Part shown: positions 48,334-59,135 of the stretch, piece after piece
How the letters are laid out: every line of letters begins with the position of its first letter
Position numbering within the stretch: the first letter of the stretch is position 1
Assembly (NCBI GenBank): GCA_945903415.1
Contig: CAMDOD010000002.1
Span: forward strand, 474-64,473
Origin: Opitutus sp. GAS368
GTDB lineage: Bacteria; Verrucomicrobiota; Verrucomicrobiia; Opitutales; Opitutaceae
Direction: 5' to 3'
Length of the DNA stretch: 64,000 nucleotides
Notes under the pieces: model-generated
Database searches by the model: none
What the model saw: the letters and a program-made list of their open reading frames with translations, nothing else
What the model was told of the DNA's origin: nothing
Translations under genes and position numbers: made by a program

Positions 48334-50691
48334 TCAGCGCGCCTTGGGGTGGGGCAGCGCAAACGGCGCGACAGTGTGGCCAGTGTGATGGCGCCACAAC
48401 CAGCGGGCCATGGCGGGCAGCAGCACGATCGCGGCGACCATGTTGACGAGGAACATGAAGGCCAGGAGGATTCCCATGTCGGCCTGAAACTTCAGGCTCG
48501 AGAAAGCCCAGGTGCTGACGCCAATCGCGAGGGTCAGTCCCGTGAACACCACGGCGGTGCCCGCATCCTTGAGGGCGCTCCACATCGCATCCTCGAAATA
48601 CTCTCCGGCCTCGAGCGCCGTCTGGAGCCGCGCGAAAATGTAGATCCCGTAGTCAACCCCGATGCCCACGCCCAGGGCCACGACCGGCAGCGTCGAAGTC
48701 TTCAGCCCGATCTCGAGGTACACCATCAGGGCATAGGCCAGGTAACTGACGAGGGCCAGCGGCAGCACGATGCAGAGTGCGGCGCGGACGGACCGGAAGG
48801 TCACGAGGCAGAGGACGATGACCGCGCCAAAAACCCAGATCAGGATGGGGCGCTCGGCGGCGGCCACGACTTCATTGGTGGCGGCCATGACGCCGGCGTT
48901 TCCGCTCGCGAGGAGAAACTTCGCCTTCGGTGAAGGGTTCGCGGCGATGAAGGCCTTGGTGGCAGCGGTCACGGCCCGGAGCGTCGCGGCCTTGTGATCC
49001 GTCAGGAAGATCATGATTGGCATGACGCTGCCATCGGCATTGAGCAGTCCGGTCGCCGTCTCGATGGGCGACACGGCCTGGGCCAGCGCCTGTGGATTGC
49101 GGGGCAGGACTCGCCATTTCAGCGATCCCTCGCTGAACCCGGAGTTCACGATCTTTGCCATGGCCGGCAGGGAAATGACCGACTGCACCCCGGGCACGGT
49201 GCGGATCATGCCCTCGAACCGATCCATCAGTGCGACCACGTCGTAGTCGACGCAGCCATTGGGAACCGTCTCGACCATGACGGAGAGAATATCGACCCCG
49301 ATGCTGAACTTCGAGGTGATGATCCCGGTGTCGAGGTTGTAGCGTGAATCCGGACGGAGCTCCGGCACGCCGGCCTGCGTGTCGCCGATCCGCACCTCAC
49401 CGGATTTCCAGAACGCCCAGCAACCCAGGACGGAGGAAACAACGATGATGATCATGGACGGACGCGGCTGCAGTCCCTGCACCAGGCGGCGCCAGAGGGC
49501 GTCACCGGCCACCCGACGACCGGCGACCCAGAGGGCGTAACCCGGTGGCAGGCGCAGGTACGAGAGCAGCAGCGGCAGGAGGAAGAAGTTCGTGAGGATG
49601 ATGACGGCCACGCCGAGGCTCGCGGTGATCGCGAGTTCCTGAATCGCCGGCACCTTGATCACCAGCATGGTGATGAAACCCACCGTGTCGGTGAGGAGGG
49701 CGACGATCCCCGGGAGGATGAGCTGGCGAAACGCCGCGCGGGCCGCCTCCGGGCCGTCCTGTCCCTTGAAGACCTCGTTGCGAAACGTACAGACCTTCTG
49801 GACCCCGTGACTGACGCCGATGGCGAAGACGAGGAAAGGGACGAGAATCGAAAACGGGTCGATGCCGTAGCCGACCGCCGTGATGGCGCCGAGCTGCCAG
49901 ACCACCGCGACGAGCGAGCAAACGATCGGAGCCGCCGCGAGTTTCCAGCGACCCGCATAATTCCACACCAGCAGGGCCGTGATGAACACCGAGACGGCAA
50001 ACAACGAGAGCACGCCGCGTGCGCCGTCGCGGACATCGCCCATCACCTTCGCGAAGCCGATGATGTGAACCGTGATCGCGCCACCCGTCTCCCGTTCCAC
50101 CCGGGTGCGAATCGATTCGAGCCGGGCCGCGACCGCCGGGTAGTCAATTTTTGCTCCCGTGGAGGGATCGATTTCCAGCAGTTGGGCACTGACAATGGCG
50201 CCGGAGAAATCATTGGCCACGAGCTGGCCCAGCTTGCCGGACTTGATGATGTTCTCGCGGACGCGGGCGAAGTTCGCGGCGGTCGGCGTGAAGTCGGCCG
50301 GGATGACATTGCCCCCCGAAAAGCCATCCTCGACGATCTCGATGTAGCGCACGTTCGGCGTGAATAGGGACTGCACCTGCGGGCGATCCACGGCGGGCAG
50401 GAAGGTTACTTCGTCCGTCACGGCCTTGAGCTGGCCGAAGAACTCGGCGTTGAGGATGTCGCCCTGCCTCGCGACCAGGGCAATCAGCACGCGGTTGGCG
50501 CCGCCGAAGAGCCGTTGATGCCGGGTGAAGACCTGAATGTACTCGTGGTCCGTGGGGAGCGACTTGTTGAAACTGGCGTCGACGCGAAGCTGGGTGGCGC
50601 AATACGCCATCAAGGCCGTCAGCAGCGCGAAGACTCCGACGAGCGTGCCGCGGTGGCGGAACATCCAGGCGGTTAGCTTTTCGAGGAACAC
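48334..50691 (-). CDS. RND-superfamily (MMPL/HpnN-like) inner-membrane exporter
   Basis: 785 aa. Two repeats of one TM, a large periplasmic loop and a 5-TM bundle. It is the last member of the DUF1302/DUF1329/propeller operon. Confidence 0.8.
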   Translation of the reverse strand: MFLEKLTAWMFRHRGTLVGVFALLTALMAYCATQLRVDASFNKSLPTDHEYIQVFTRHQRLFGGANRVLIALVARQGDILNAEFFGQLKAVTDEVTFLPAVDRPQVQSLFTPNVRYIEIVEDGFSGGNVIPADFTPTAANFARVRENIIKSGKLGQLVANDFSGAIVSAQLLEIDPSTGAKIDYPAVAARLESIRTRVERETGGAITVHIIGFAKVMGDVRDGARGVLSLFAVSVFITALLVWNYAGRWKLAAAPIVCSLVAVVWQLGAITAVGYGIDPFSILVPFLVFAIGVSHGVQKVCTFRNEVFKGQDGPEAARAAFRQLILPGIVALLTDTVGFITMLVIKVPAIQELAITASLGVAVIILTNFFLLPLLLSYLRLPPGYALWVAGRRVAGDALWRRLVQGLQPRPSMIIIVVSSVLGCWAFWKSGEVRIGDTQAGVPELRPDSRYNLDTGIITSKFSIGVDILSVMVETVPNGCVDYDVVALMDRFEGMIRTVPGVQSVISLPAMAKIVNSGFSEGSLKWRVLPRNPQALAQAVSPIETATGLLNADGSVMPIMIFLTDHKAATLRAVTAATKAFIAANPSPKAKFLLASGNAGVMAATNEVVAAAERPILIWVFGAVIVLCLVTFRSVRAALCIVLPLALVSYLAYALMVYLEIGLKTSTLPVVALGVGIGVDYGIYIFARLQTALEAGEYFEDAMWSALKDAGTAVVFTGLTLAIGVSTWAFSSLKFQADMGILLAFMFLVNMVAAIVLLPAMARWLWRHHTGHTVAPFALPHPKAR

Positions 50692-50713
50692 GGGGCGGGA
50701 GGTGAGGCCGGCG

Positions 50714-51718
50714 TCAGGGCGTGCGGCCGTCGGTTGCGTTGCGATCCAGGACGGTGGCGCCGTCTTCCCCGAGCGCGAGAATTCGTCCGTTGGCGAGCGG
50801 GATCAGCTCGGCGACGGCGGTGCGCGGCGCCCCGGATGCCGGAGCCACGGACTTCCCGCCATCGCGGCTGACGAACAGAGCCCGCGCCTGGCCACCGAGG
50901 ACGATGAGATCGCGTCGAATCATGATCGCGGTGGCGAGCATCATGGGCGACGGGACGGCCACGGCCTTCCAGGTTTCGCCATCATCCTCGGATCGGAAGA
51001 GATGCCCGCGCAGTCCGTGCGCCAGCAGCGTCCGCGCATCCAGTGCCAGGATACCGTAGAAGGAACCTTCATAGGGCGCGGCGATCGGCTCCCAGGTGGC
51101 GCCGCGGTCCCGGGAACGGAGCAGCGTGCCGCTTTCACCCGCGAGATAGAGCGTCCCACCCGGCCCGCGCGTGATTCGGTTCAGATGCAGATCGCCGGCC
51201 TGGAAGGAGCGCCGTTGCCAGGTGCGGCCACCGTCCGCGGTGGCAAGACAGAGGCCATAGGCCCCGACGGCGATCACGTGGTCGGCATCCACGGCGAGCA
51301 CATCGAGCAATGAGTCCTGCTGGTTGTCGCCCTGGTACTGGCGCGTCCAGGTGCTGCCGCCATCGCTCGTGGCCAGGATCACGGCGTCGTGTCCGACCGC
51401 CCAGCCGCGGCGGCCGTCGGCGGCGAAACTAACGCCGGTCATTGTCGCGTGCGTGGGCGCGGCGGCAGATTCCCAGGATTGGGCCTGATCGGTGGAACGG
51501 AGGATCGTGCCGCGTTCTCCGACGGCGATGACGGCCGATTCCGTGACGGCTCCGTCCAGCAGCAGCATCCGCGGAGTGCTGACGGCGGCGACGGGCCGGA
51601 CGGGCAAAACCGCCAGACTCAGGACGACGGCGGCGAGTCCGCCGACCCTGGGCCAGGCACCGGTTCGGAGAGTCGGGCGGGACGGCGGCATCCGGCAGGG
51701 GCGACGCGGAAAGGGCAA
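50714..51718 (-). CDS. Ycf48-like / BNR (Asp-box) beta-propeller protein, secreted
   Basis: Repeated Asp-box-like motifs STDQAQSWE, SDGGSTWT, ADGGRTWQ, SRDRGATWE, SEDDGETWK, SRDGGKSV. N-terminal signal. Confidence 0.8.
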   Translation of the reverse strand: MPFPRRPCRMPPSRPTLRTGAWPRVGGLAAVVLSLAVLPVRPVAAVSTPRMLLLDGAVTESAVIAVGERGTILRSTDQAQSWESAAAPTHATMTGVSFAADGRRGWAVGHDAVILATSDGGSTWTRQYQGDNQQDSLLDVLAVDADHVIAVGAYGLCLATADGGRTWQRRSFQAGDLHLNRITRGPGGTLYLAGESGTLLRSRDRGATWEPIAAPYEGSFYGILALDARTLLAHGLRGHLFRSEDDGETWKAVAVPSPMMLATAIMIRRDLIVLGGQARALFVSRDGGKSVAPASGAPRTAVAELIPLANGRILALGEDGATVLDRNATDGRTP

Positions 51719-51744
51719 CCGGTGATCGCGCGCCGGCGTTTCGA

Positions 51745-53109
51745 TCAGCGCAGGCCTTCGCGGCGCAGCGTGTCCGGGGTGTAGTCGGCGGGCGAACGCT
51801 TGAGCGAAAAATCGTACATCGCGTTCTGGTTATCGAGCCCGACCGCCAGGTAGCGGCCATTCTGCAGATCGAGATGCACTTCGAGCGTGCTCCAGAAGGT
51901 CTGGGCCTCGTAGTAATTGATGCAATGCGCCTCGGAAACCCGCCAAATCTGGCCGCGGCCATCGTACTGATCGGCCGCCACGATCTGCCAGCTATCCTCG
52001 TCGATGTAGAAGGTCCGCCGGGCGTAGAGGTGAGAGGTGCCCGGCTTGACCGTCGCATCGACGACCCAGACCCGGTGCAACTCGTAGCGGGTGAGGTCCT
52101 GGTTGATGTGGAGCGGCTTCAGGATGTCGTCGTTCTTTAACTTGTCGCTGTGCAGTCGGTACGAGTTGTAGGGCACGAGCAGCTCCTTCTTGCCGACGAG
52201 CTTCCACTGGTACCGGTCCGGAGCTCCATTATACATGTCGAACTGGTCGCTGGTCCGCTGGCCATCCGCCGCGGTGCCGGGGTTGTCGTAGGCGACGTTC
52301 GGGGCGCGGGCGACCCGCCGGCGGCCCGTATTGTACACCCACGCGCGCCGCGGCTCCTTCACCTGGTCCATGGTCTCGTGGGCGATCAGGATGCTGCCGG
52401 CCAGCCGCGCCGGCGCCGTCACGGCCTGTTTGAAATAGATCAGCGTGTTGCTTTCCTGCAGCGCGGCCGCGGTGATGTCGGGCCGGGCGTAGTTGAACAG
52501 AAACTCGTCCTCGAGCTTCACGAGCTGATAACCGCCGCCCCGCTCGACGGCGGTCTGGTCGATGTGCCGGGTGGCGGCGACACCGCGGTATCGGGTGAGG
52601 AAATTCCAGACGACCTCGAGTCCGCTCTGGGGAATAGGAAAAGGGACGCCGCCGATCGCTCCGCTGATCCCGTTGCCGTCGGAAACGAGCTGCGCCCGGG
52701 TGGCGTTGGCCCGGGTCGCCTCGTAGACCCGCGTGGGATTCGAGGCGCTCCGGCGGGTCGGATACACGACCATCTTGTAGCTCGGGTAGGCCTTGAAGAC
52801 CGCGAGCTGTCCGGGCGTCAGCCGGCCCTCATGCTGGGCCAGATTGGCCGGCGTGATGGTGTAGAGGGGCTGATCTGCGGCAAAGGGATCGGGGTGGTGA
52901 TCGCCTTTCTTGTATCCGGCGGGCGGCGTTGTAATGCCTCCGGTCCACGCGGGAATCGTTCCCTCGGCATTGCCCGCCACCTCCGCGCCGAGCGGCGTGA
53001 GGATCTGGCCGAGACGGGCGGCCTCGGTTTCGGAGACAGCGCCACGAGCCGCGACGGCGGCGAAGGCAGACGCGAGGACCAGACCGGAAAGCGAGAGGGA
53101 GTGGTTCAT
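51745..53109 (-). CDS. DUF1329 family protein (LolA-like fold family), secreted
   Basis: Signal peptide. LTPLGAEVAGNAEGTIPAWTGG at the mature N-terminus, and size and blocks typical of DUF1329 (YNSYRL..., WVVDATVKPG, IDEDSW). Confidence 0.8.
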   Translation of the reverse strand: MNHSLSLSGLVLASAFAAVAARGAVSETEAARLGQILTPLGAEVAGNAEGTIPAWTGGITTPPAGYKKGDHHPDPFAADQPLYTITPANLAQHEGRLTPGQLAVFKAYPSYKMVVYPTRRSASNPTRVYEATRANATRAQLVSDGNGISGAIGGVPFPIPQSGLEVVWNFLTRYRGVAATRHIDQTAVERGGGYQLVKLEDEFLFNYARPDITAAALQESNTLIYFKQAVTAPARLAGSILIAHETMDQVKEPRRAWVYNTGRRRVARAPNVAYDNPGTAADGQRTSDQFDMYNGAPDRYQWKLVGKKELLVPYNSYRLHSDKLKNDDILKPLHINQDLTRYELHRVWVVDATVKPGTSHLYARRTFYIDEDSWQIVAADQYDGRGQIWRVSEAHCINYYEAQTFWSTLEVHLDLQNGRYLAVGLDNQNAMYDFSLKRSPADYTPDTLRREGLR

Positions 53110-53118
53110 ACGGGCGGG

Positions 53119-55104
53119 TCAGAAGGAATATTTGATCGTACTCGCGAAGTAATCACGATCGGCCAGGAGATTGTACACACCGGCGCCGAAGAAGTTCACG
53201 TAGCGCAGCTCGAGCGACCATTCGTTGCGATAGGTGAACTCGACGGCGACGTTCACGCTCTTGCGGCCGCGGATGTAGTTGCCGAGGGGCATGGGCGTGT
53301 TGCCGCTGACATCGTGGGTGAAGGCCACGCTCGGCTGGAGATTCACGTTCGCAAAGACGCTGTTGTAGTCGAGGCGGGCGAGGATCTGGTAGCCCCAGGA
53401 AAAGCGATCTGCGAACGCACTGGCCGGGGTTGCCGGCAGCGTCGGCGTACCGGTGGCGGCCAGCGCGGCCGCGTTGGCGGTGGTGAACGTGCCGGAGCCG
53501 TCGTAGCGGAGCACGTCCTTGGAGGGAAGATTCGCCCAGACGCCGCCCACCTCGCCGAGCAGCGTGAACTGCTGCGAACCGAGGATGGGGCCGAAGACCT
53601 TCGTCAACGTGGTCTGCGCGGTCGTCACGCGGTGCCGGCGGAAACCGGGCACCTCGAGGTTGAGCTGGCCGACGTAGTTGCCGATCTGGTTGTTGGAGCC
53701 ATAGGCCGCACCGGTGGAGTTCGTCAGCGAAGAAACGGTGGCGTAGAGCAGTTCCGCATCATCGACCTGGAGTGGGACGTCCTGCTTGACGGAGGCCTCG
53801 CCCTGCCAGGAGATGCCGGTGTTGCCGACCGCGGTGTTGAAGCTGAGGCCGGTCATCCGGATGTCCTCGGGGTACTCAGTGAAGTACCGGCCGGTGGCCG
53901 CGGCCAGCAGCAGCGCGATGCGACGGGCGCCGGCGATGGCGGCCTGGACCGGCGCTGATTGCAGCGTGCCGATTTCCAGGGGTGTGAGGGTCTGCGGCGC
54001 CGTCTGCGATTTTACGATCGCGCCAAAGACGAAGGCTGCCTGGGCCGCGGCGGTGGCGGAGGGCAGGCCGCCCTGGACGAAGGCCATCGTCAGCGGCACG
54101 GTGAGGTTGAGATTGATCGCCGAGGTGGGGGTGCGCGTGCTGATGACCGGCGAACGGCTGCTGTAGTTGGCGTAGTAGAGACCGAACTCGGTGTTGTTGA
54201 GCCGCGGCGCCAGCCACCGCACGGCCACCCCGTACTGGCCATGATTGCTGGGGCTTCGATCCGCCGCGCGGCCAATGCCGCCGAGCGTGCCCAGATCGGA
54301 AAGGGCGCCGGAGCCGAGCCAGACCTGAGATCCTCCGGGGCTCGCAAAATCGTTGGTCGAAAAATAGGTCCCCGCGGGTTCGAGTTCGTTGCGGCGGAAC
54401 TCAAGCAACCAGAACGGCTCGATCGTGAGATTCTCCGCCACGCCGATGGAGGCCTTGACCATGTTCACCGGCAGGAATGCCTCCTTCAACTCGGCCCCGG
54501 GGTTGCGCAGTTTCGAGAGGTCGACCGGATTGACCACGTTGATGCCGTTGGGAAGGAAGGTGCTCTCGCCGAGACTGAGGACCTGGCGGCCGACCCGGAG
54601 ATCCACGGGGATGTTGCCCCCGAGGTTGAACTTGAACCTCCCATAGAGATCGAGCCACTCGGCCCCGTTCACCACGCGGTCCTCGGCGCGGGCGGAGAGC
54701 GGCGTGCGCCGGGTCTTGCTGCTGCGGAGATCGGTGAACCAATAGCCGCGGGCCAGCAGGCCGAAGTCCCGGTAGTGGAGCTCGAGATCGTGCGAACCCT
54801 TGTAGAGCTGGGAAACCCAGCCGCGGCCGTAGTTCAGGTTGCCGTCGTCCGCATTGACCGAGTTCTGACGACCGGGGACGCCCTGGGAATTGTTGGCGGC
54901 GCCGTAATAATCAGGAGTGGGCTCCTGGAGCCGATAGATGCCTCCGAAGGACAGCGTCGTGTCGAACGCGCCGGTGACTTCACCGAACGTGAAGGGCGTC
55001 GCTCGGCCCGGGAGCGCGGCGAGGGCGAGGGCGAAGCCGGCCGCGAGGACGCGAAACACGGGAAGGGGGGCGCGGAAGGGCAGCGCAGAGAGCATGAAAT
55101 TCAT
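53119..55104 (-). CDS. DUF1302 family outer-membrane beta-barrel protein
   Basis: 661 aa with a signal peptide. GYWFTDLRS.., RVGRQVLSLGESTF, and C-terminal ...YFASTIKYSF (terminal Phe). Start taken at ATG 55104. Confidence 0.75.
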   Translation of the reverse strand: MNFMLSALPFRAPLPVFRVLAAGFALALAALPGRATPFTFGEVTGAFDTTLSFGGIYRLQEPTPDYYGAANNSQGVPGRQNSVNADDGNLNYGRGWVSQLYKGSHDLELHYRDFGLLARGYWFTDLRSSKTRRTPLSARAEDRVVNGAEWLDLYGRFKFNLGGNIPVDLRVGRQVLSLGESTFLPNGINVVNPVDLSKLRNPGAELKEAFLPVNMVKASIGVAENLTIEPFWLLEFRRNELEPAGTYFSTNDFASPGGSQVWLGSGALSDLGTLGGIGRAADRSPSNHGQYGVAVRWLAPRLNNTEFGLYYANYSSRSPVISTRTPTSAINLNLTVPLTMAFVQGGLPSATAAAQAAFVFGAIVKSQTAPQTLTPLEIGTLQSAPVQAAIAGARRIALLLAAATGRYFTEYPEDIRMTGLSFNTAVGNTGISWQGEASVKQDVPLQVDDAELLYATVSSLTNSTGAAYGSNNQIGNYVGQLNLEVPGFRRHRVTTAQTTLTKVFGPILGSQQFTLLGEVGGVWANLPSKDVLRYDGSGTFTTANAAALAATGTPTLPATPASAFADRFSWGYQILARLDYNSVFANVNLQPSVAFTHDVSGNTPMPLGNYIRGRKSVNVAVEFTYRNEWSLELRYVNFFGAGVYNLLADRDYFASTIKYSF

Positions 55105-55289
55105 GGCGACGAGATCCTCCACGCCGCCGGGTCAGGGGTTGGCGTCGCGGAGTGGGGAAGGGGCAATACGAGCTGGACGGCGCAAGACAAAGGATGAGGG
55201 TAGCACTGGCGCAAGGGTGAAACGGGTCCGGCGCCGATGCTTCTCGCTTTGACGCCCGGCGGATAATCGCAACGTTGCGCGTCCGATCC

Positions 55290-58250
55290 ATGCAGGTTCC
55301 CACCCACATCCACGTCAAGGGAGCCCGCGAGCACAACCTGAAGAATCTCGAGCTCAGGCTGCCCCGCGGGAAACTGGTCGTGATCACCGGGCCGAGCGGT
55401 TCGGGCAAGTCGTCGCTAGCGTTTGATACGATCTATGCCGAGGGCTACCGGAAATACATCGAGTCGCTGAGCGCCCAGGCGCGGCAGGTGCTCGATCAGT
55501 TGAAGCGTCCCGACGTCGACTTCATCCACGGCCTCTCGCCCGTCCTGGCGATCGAGCAACGGACCGGGGCAGGCGGGCCGCGCAGCACCATCGCCACGGC
55601 CACCGAGATTGCGGACTACGCGCAGCTCCTGTGGGCGCTCCTCGGGCAGCAGGTCTGCCCCAAGGATGGCGGGCGGGTCGTGCAGCGTTCGCTCGATGAC
55701 AACGTCCAGCGCATCCTCGCGGAGTGCGCCGGCGAACGCGTGGTGCTGCTGGCGCCCTTCATGCGGGCCAAACCCAGCGTGTTGCGCGAGGAGTTGCCGC
55801 GGCTGCGGCAGCGGGGCTTTCAGCGCGTCCGGATCGCCGGGGAAATCAAGACCCTCGACGATCCCAAGCTGGTGCCGTCCGGCGGCGGTACCCGCGAGCT
55901 GGTGGTCGAATTGGTGGTGGACCGGCTGCTGGCCAACGCCGATCAGCGCAGCCGGCTCGCCGACTCGCTGGAACTCGCGTTTCGCGAGGGCAAGGATCGC
56001 GCCAGCGTACTGGTGCAGCGCACCGCCGAGGAGCCCTGGCGCGAACTGCCGCTCAGCCAGTCGCGGGCGTGCGAGGTCTGCGGAGATATTTTTGACAAGC
56101 TCACCCCGCGGCATTTTTCGTTCAGCGCGCGCGAGGGAGCCTGTTCGACGTGCGACGGGCTCGGGCGCAAACTACGCTTCGCCCCGGAATTGATCGTGGC
56201 GGACGCCGACAAGTCGGTGCGCGAGGGGGCGCTGAAGCCCTGGCGCATTGGAGGAAAGAATCTCATCATCAAACACAACGCGCTGCTCAAGCAGGTGGCG
56301 GAGCAGCTCCCGTTCGACGCGGACGTGCCGTGGAAGAACCTGCCGGAGGAAACGCGCCAGATGATTTTGGGCGGCGCCGGCGAGCGGCAGTTTGCCTTCA
56401 AACTGCGCCGGATGCGCGAAGCCAAGGCCATGCCCTTCGAGGGTGTGATCGCGGACCTCGAGGATAGCTTCCGCCACACCCTGAGCGACGGGTTTCGGGC
56501 GCGGCTCATGACCTTCATGGTGAGCGGCGTCTGCCCCGAATGCCACGGCACGCGGCTCAACGCCCGAAGCGGCGCCGTGCGGATGGAGCCACCCGCCGCG
56601 GACCCTTCCGCCACGCCCAAGCCCGAACCTTCGCTCAACCCTCAACTTCCCCAACCCCCGCTCACTTTTCCCCAGTTCATGGCGCTGGATGTCGCCGCGG
56701 CCCACCGCTTCGCCACCACGCTCGTGGCGGCCCATGGTTCCAACACCGCCGTCCGCGAGGTCGTCACGGGTATCGAGCAGCGGCTGCATTTCCTCCTCGA
56801 GACCGGGCTCGGTTACCTGACGCTGGACCGCGACTACGGCACGCTCTCCGGTGGCGAAGCGCAGCGCGTGCGGCTCGCGACGCAACTGGGCATGGGGCTC
56901 GTGGGCGTCATCTATGTCCTCGACGAGCCGAGCGTCGGCCTGCATCCGCACGACAACCAGAAGCTGCTCGACACGCTGATCGCGCTGCGGGATCGCGGCA
57001 ACACGGTGCTCGTGGTCGAGCACGACGAGGATACCCTGCGGCTCGCCGACGAGTTGATCGAGCTGGGCCCCGAGGCGGGCAGCGAGGGCGGATCGCTGCT
57101 CTTCCAAGGGACGCCGGCCGCCTGTGCCGCGCTCCCGCCGCGGCTGTCACGGACGGGCGGATACCTGTCCCGCCAGCTCAAGGTCGAACGCGAGGCCAAG
57201 GCCAAGGCGCCCGATGGCGCTTGGCTCACCGTGCGGGAAGCGAAGGCGAACAATCTGCGCGGCATCGACGCGAAGTTCCCGGTCGGGCTGCTGACGTGCG
57301 TCACCGGAGTAAGCGGCTCCGGCAAAAGCACTCTCGTGCTCGACATCCTGGCGGCCGTCGCGGCCCGCAAGCTGAACGGCGCGCGCACGATCCCTGGCGC
57401 CCACCGGCAGATCGAGAATCTCGATTTCTTCGAGAAGCTGGTGCAGGTCGATCAGGAGCCGATTGGCCGCAGCCCGCGTTCGAATCCCGCCAGCTATGTG
57501 GATTTGCTGCCGCTGCTGCGCGATCTGTACGCCCAGGTCCCGCTGGCCAAGGTGCGCGGCTACAAGGCGAGCCGGTTTTCCTTCAATGTCCGGGGCGGCC
57601 GGTGCGAGCGCTGCCAGGGCGACGGCGCGATCAAGCTGGATATGCAGTTCATGCCGGACGCCTACGCGCCGTGCCCGAGTTGCGGCGGCCGGCGCTTCAA
57701 CCGGGAAACGCTCGAGATCCTCTTTCACGGGAAGTCGATCGCGGATGTCCTCGAACTGACGGTGCGGGAGGCGATCCAGCTTTTCCGGAATATTCCGCGG
57801 GTGATGGACAAGCTCACCACCTTGGACGCGGTCGGGCTCGGCTACCTCACGCTGGGGCAGTCCGCCACGACGTTGTCGGGCGGCGAGGCGCAGCGGATCA
57901 AGCTCTCGCTCGAGCTGAGCAAGCGCCAGCAGGGCTCGACGCTCTACATCCTCGACGAGCCGACAACCGGGCTGCACTGGACCGACATCCAGAAACTGAT
58001 GGATCTGCTCTTCAAGCTGCGCGATGCCGGCAACACCGTGATCGTGATCGAGCACAACCTCGACGTGATCAACCTGGCGGACTGGCTGATCGATCTCGGA
58101 CCGGGGGGAGGACGCGAGGGCGGCGAACTCCTCTATGCTGGCACCAGCGTGGACATCGAATCCGCTTCGCGTTCGCTCACCGGCGCAGCGTTGAAGCGGT
58201 GGCGGGCGTTCTCGCCGCGGCCGGTGTCTAAAAAGCCCCGTGTTCCGTAG
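55290..58250 (+). CDS. uvrA: Excinuclease ABC subunit A
   Basis: [38 protein letters not shown], two ABC modules, and zinc modules ([32 protein letters not shown]). Contains a Pro-rich insert [24 protein letters not shown]. Confidence 0.95.
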   Translation: MQVPTHIHVKGAREHNLKNLELRLPRGKLVVITGPSGSGKSSLAFDTIYAEGYRKYIESLSAQARQVLDQLKRPDVDFIHGLSPVLAIEQRTGAGGPRSTIATATEIADYAQLLWALLGQQVCPKDGGRVVQRSLDDNVQRILAECAGERVVLLAPFMRAKPSVLREELPRLRQRGFQRVRIAGEIKTLDDPKLVPSGGGTRELVVELVVDRLLANADQRSRLADSLELAFREGKDRASVLVQRTAEEPWRELPLSQSRACEVCGDIFDKLTPRHFSFSAREGACSTCDGLGRKLRFAPELIVADADKSVREGALKPWRIGGKNLIIKHNALLKQVAEQLPFDADVPWKNLPEETRQMILGGAGERQFAFKLRRMREAKAMPFEGVIADLEDSFRHTLSDGFRARLMTFMVSGVCPECHGTRLNARSGAVRMEPPAADPSATPKPEPSLNPQLPQPPLTFPQFMALDVAAAHRFATTLVAAHGSNTAVREVVTGIEQRLHFLLETGLGYLTLDRDYGTLSGGEAQRVRLATQLGMGLVGVIYVLDEPSVGLHPHDNQKLLDTLIALRDRGNTVLVVEHDEDTLRLADELIELGPEAGSEGGSLLFQGTPAACAALPPRLSRTGGYLSRQLKVEREAKAKAPDGAWLTVREAKANNLRGIDAKFPVGLLTCVTGVSGSGKSTLVLDILAAVAARKLNGARTIPGAHRQIENLDFFEKLVQVDQEPIGRSPRSNPASYVDLLPLLRDLYAQVPLAKVRGYKASRFSFNVRGGRCERCQGDGAIKLDMQFMPDAYAPCPSCGGRRFNRETLEILFHGKSIADVLELTVREAIQLFRNIPRVMDKLTTLDAVGLGYLTLGQSATTLSGGEAQRIKLSLELSKRQQGSTLYILDEPTTGLHWTDIQKLMDLLFKLRDAGNTVIVIEHNLDVINLADWLIDLGPGGGREGGELLYAGTSVDIESASRSLTGAALKRWRAFSPRPVSKKPRVP

Positions 58251-58311
58251 CCGCGAGCGGCCGCGAGTGGAACGACGGGCGTTTCATTCCCGCGCTGGCG
58301 CCCGTGGCTAC
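58247..58311. repeat. REP family 2, copy E; its GTAG head overlaps the uvrA stop codon
   Basis: gtagccgcgagcggccgcgagtgg-aacgacgggcgtttcatt-cccgcgctggcgcccgtggctac. A 17-nt identical core (cgagtggaacgacgggc) is shared with 19414-19488. It is flanked by GTAGCC...GGCTAC. Confidence 0.7.
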
Positions 58312-58403
58312 AGCCGCGCGGCGGCGAGAATAGTCATCTTTTTTAGACGCCCGCTAAGTTTGGCGCCGTCGCGGACGGCGGAACTGGAGCCCGGACCCAC
58401 CGA

Positions 58404-59135
58404 TCACTTCACCGCGGCCCAAACGCGTTGCACATCGTCGTTGTCCTCGATCGCCTGAAGAAACTCGCCGACCTCGGCCCGCCCGTTGTCGTCGAGGGCG
58501 GGGTAGGTCTTGGCGACGTAACCGAGCTCCGCGGTGATGACACTCCAGCCGTGCTGCTTGAGCCAGGTGGCAGCGGCATGGACCGCGGTCCGATCCGTCA
58601 GGAAGCGTGCGGCGGCGTGGCCCTCGGGCAGTTCGTCGTTCTGCTCGTGGGTGAGAATTTCAAACTCGTTCGCGCCCGCCTCAATCGCCGCGGCTTCGAG
58701 ATCCGAGGCCGGGTCCGCGTGGTGCGCTTCGACAATGCCGACGTGATCGAAGAGGAACTTGTTGCTGTTGGCGCCGCCGAGATGGCCCTTCTTGAACAGC
58801 AGCCGGATCTCGCCGGCGCTGCGGTTGTGATTGTCGGTCATGACCTCGACGATCACGGGTACCTTATGAGGAGCGTAGCCCTCGTACACGACGTGCTCGA
58901 GCACGAGTTTGTCGTCGCCAATCCCGGCGCCCTTGTTGATCGCCCGCTGAATCACGTCGCGGGTGACGCTGGCTTTCTTGGCTTTTTCGACCGCGGCGTG
59001 GAGCCGCGCATTCGCCTCGAGGTCGGCACCGCCCAGCTTGGCGGCGACGGTGATTTCCTTCACCAGCTTGCCGACCGTCTGCCCTTTTTTGAGGTTAACG
59101 ATCGCGCGTTTCGCGTGGAGCCATTGACGTCCCAT
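58404..59135 (-). CDS. yebC: YebC/PmpR family DNA-binding transcriptional regulator
   Basis: GRQWLHAKRAIVNLKKGQTVGKLVKEITVAAKLGG.D...N.RL..A.EKAK is canonical YebC. Confidence 0.9.
   Translation of the reverse strand: MGRQWLHAKRAIVNLKKGQTVGKLVKEITVAAKLGGADLEANARLHAAVEKAKKASVTRDVIQRAINKGAGIGDDKLVLEHVVYEGYAPHKVPVIVEVMTDNHNRSAGEIRLLFKKGHLGGANSNKFLFDHVGIVEAHHADPASDLEAAAIEAGANEFEILTHEQNDELPEGHAAARFLTDRTAVHAAATWLKQHGWSVITAELGYVAKTYPALDDNGRAEVGEFLQAIEDNDDVQRVWAAVK

Noticed and set aside
52150-55197. 602-aa and 412-aa plus-strand ORFs opposite the DUF1329 and DUF1302 genes
   Set aside because: Shadow ORFs with no motifs. The minus-strand genes have signal peptides, family blocks and a tight operon spacing.
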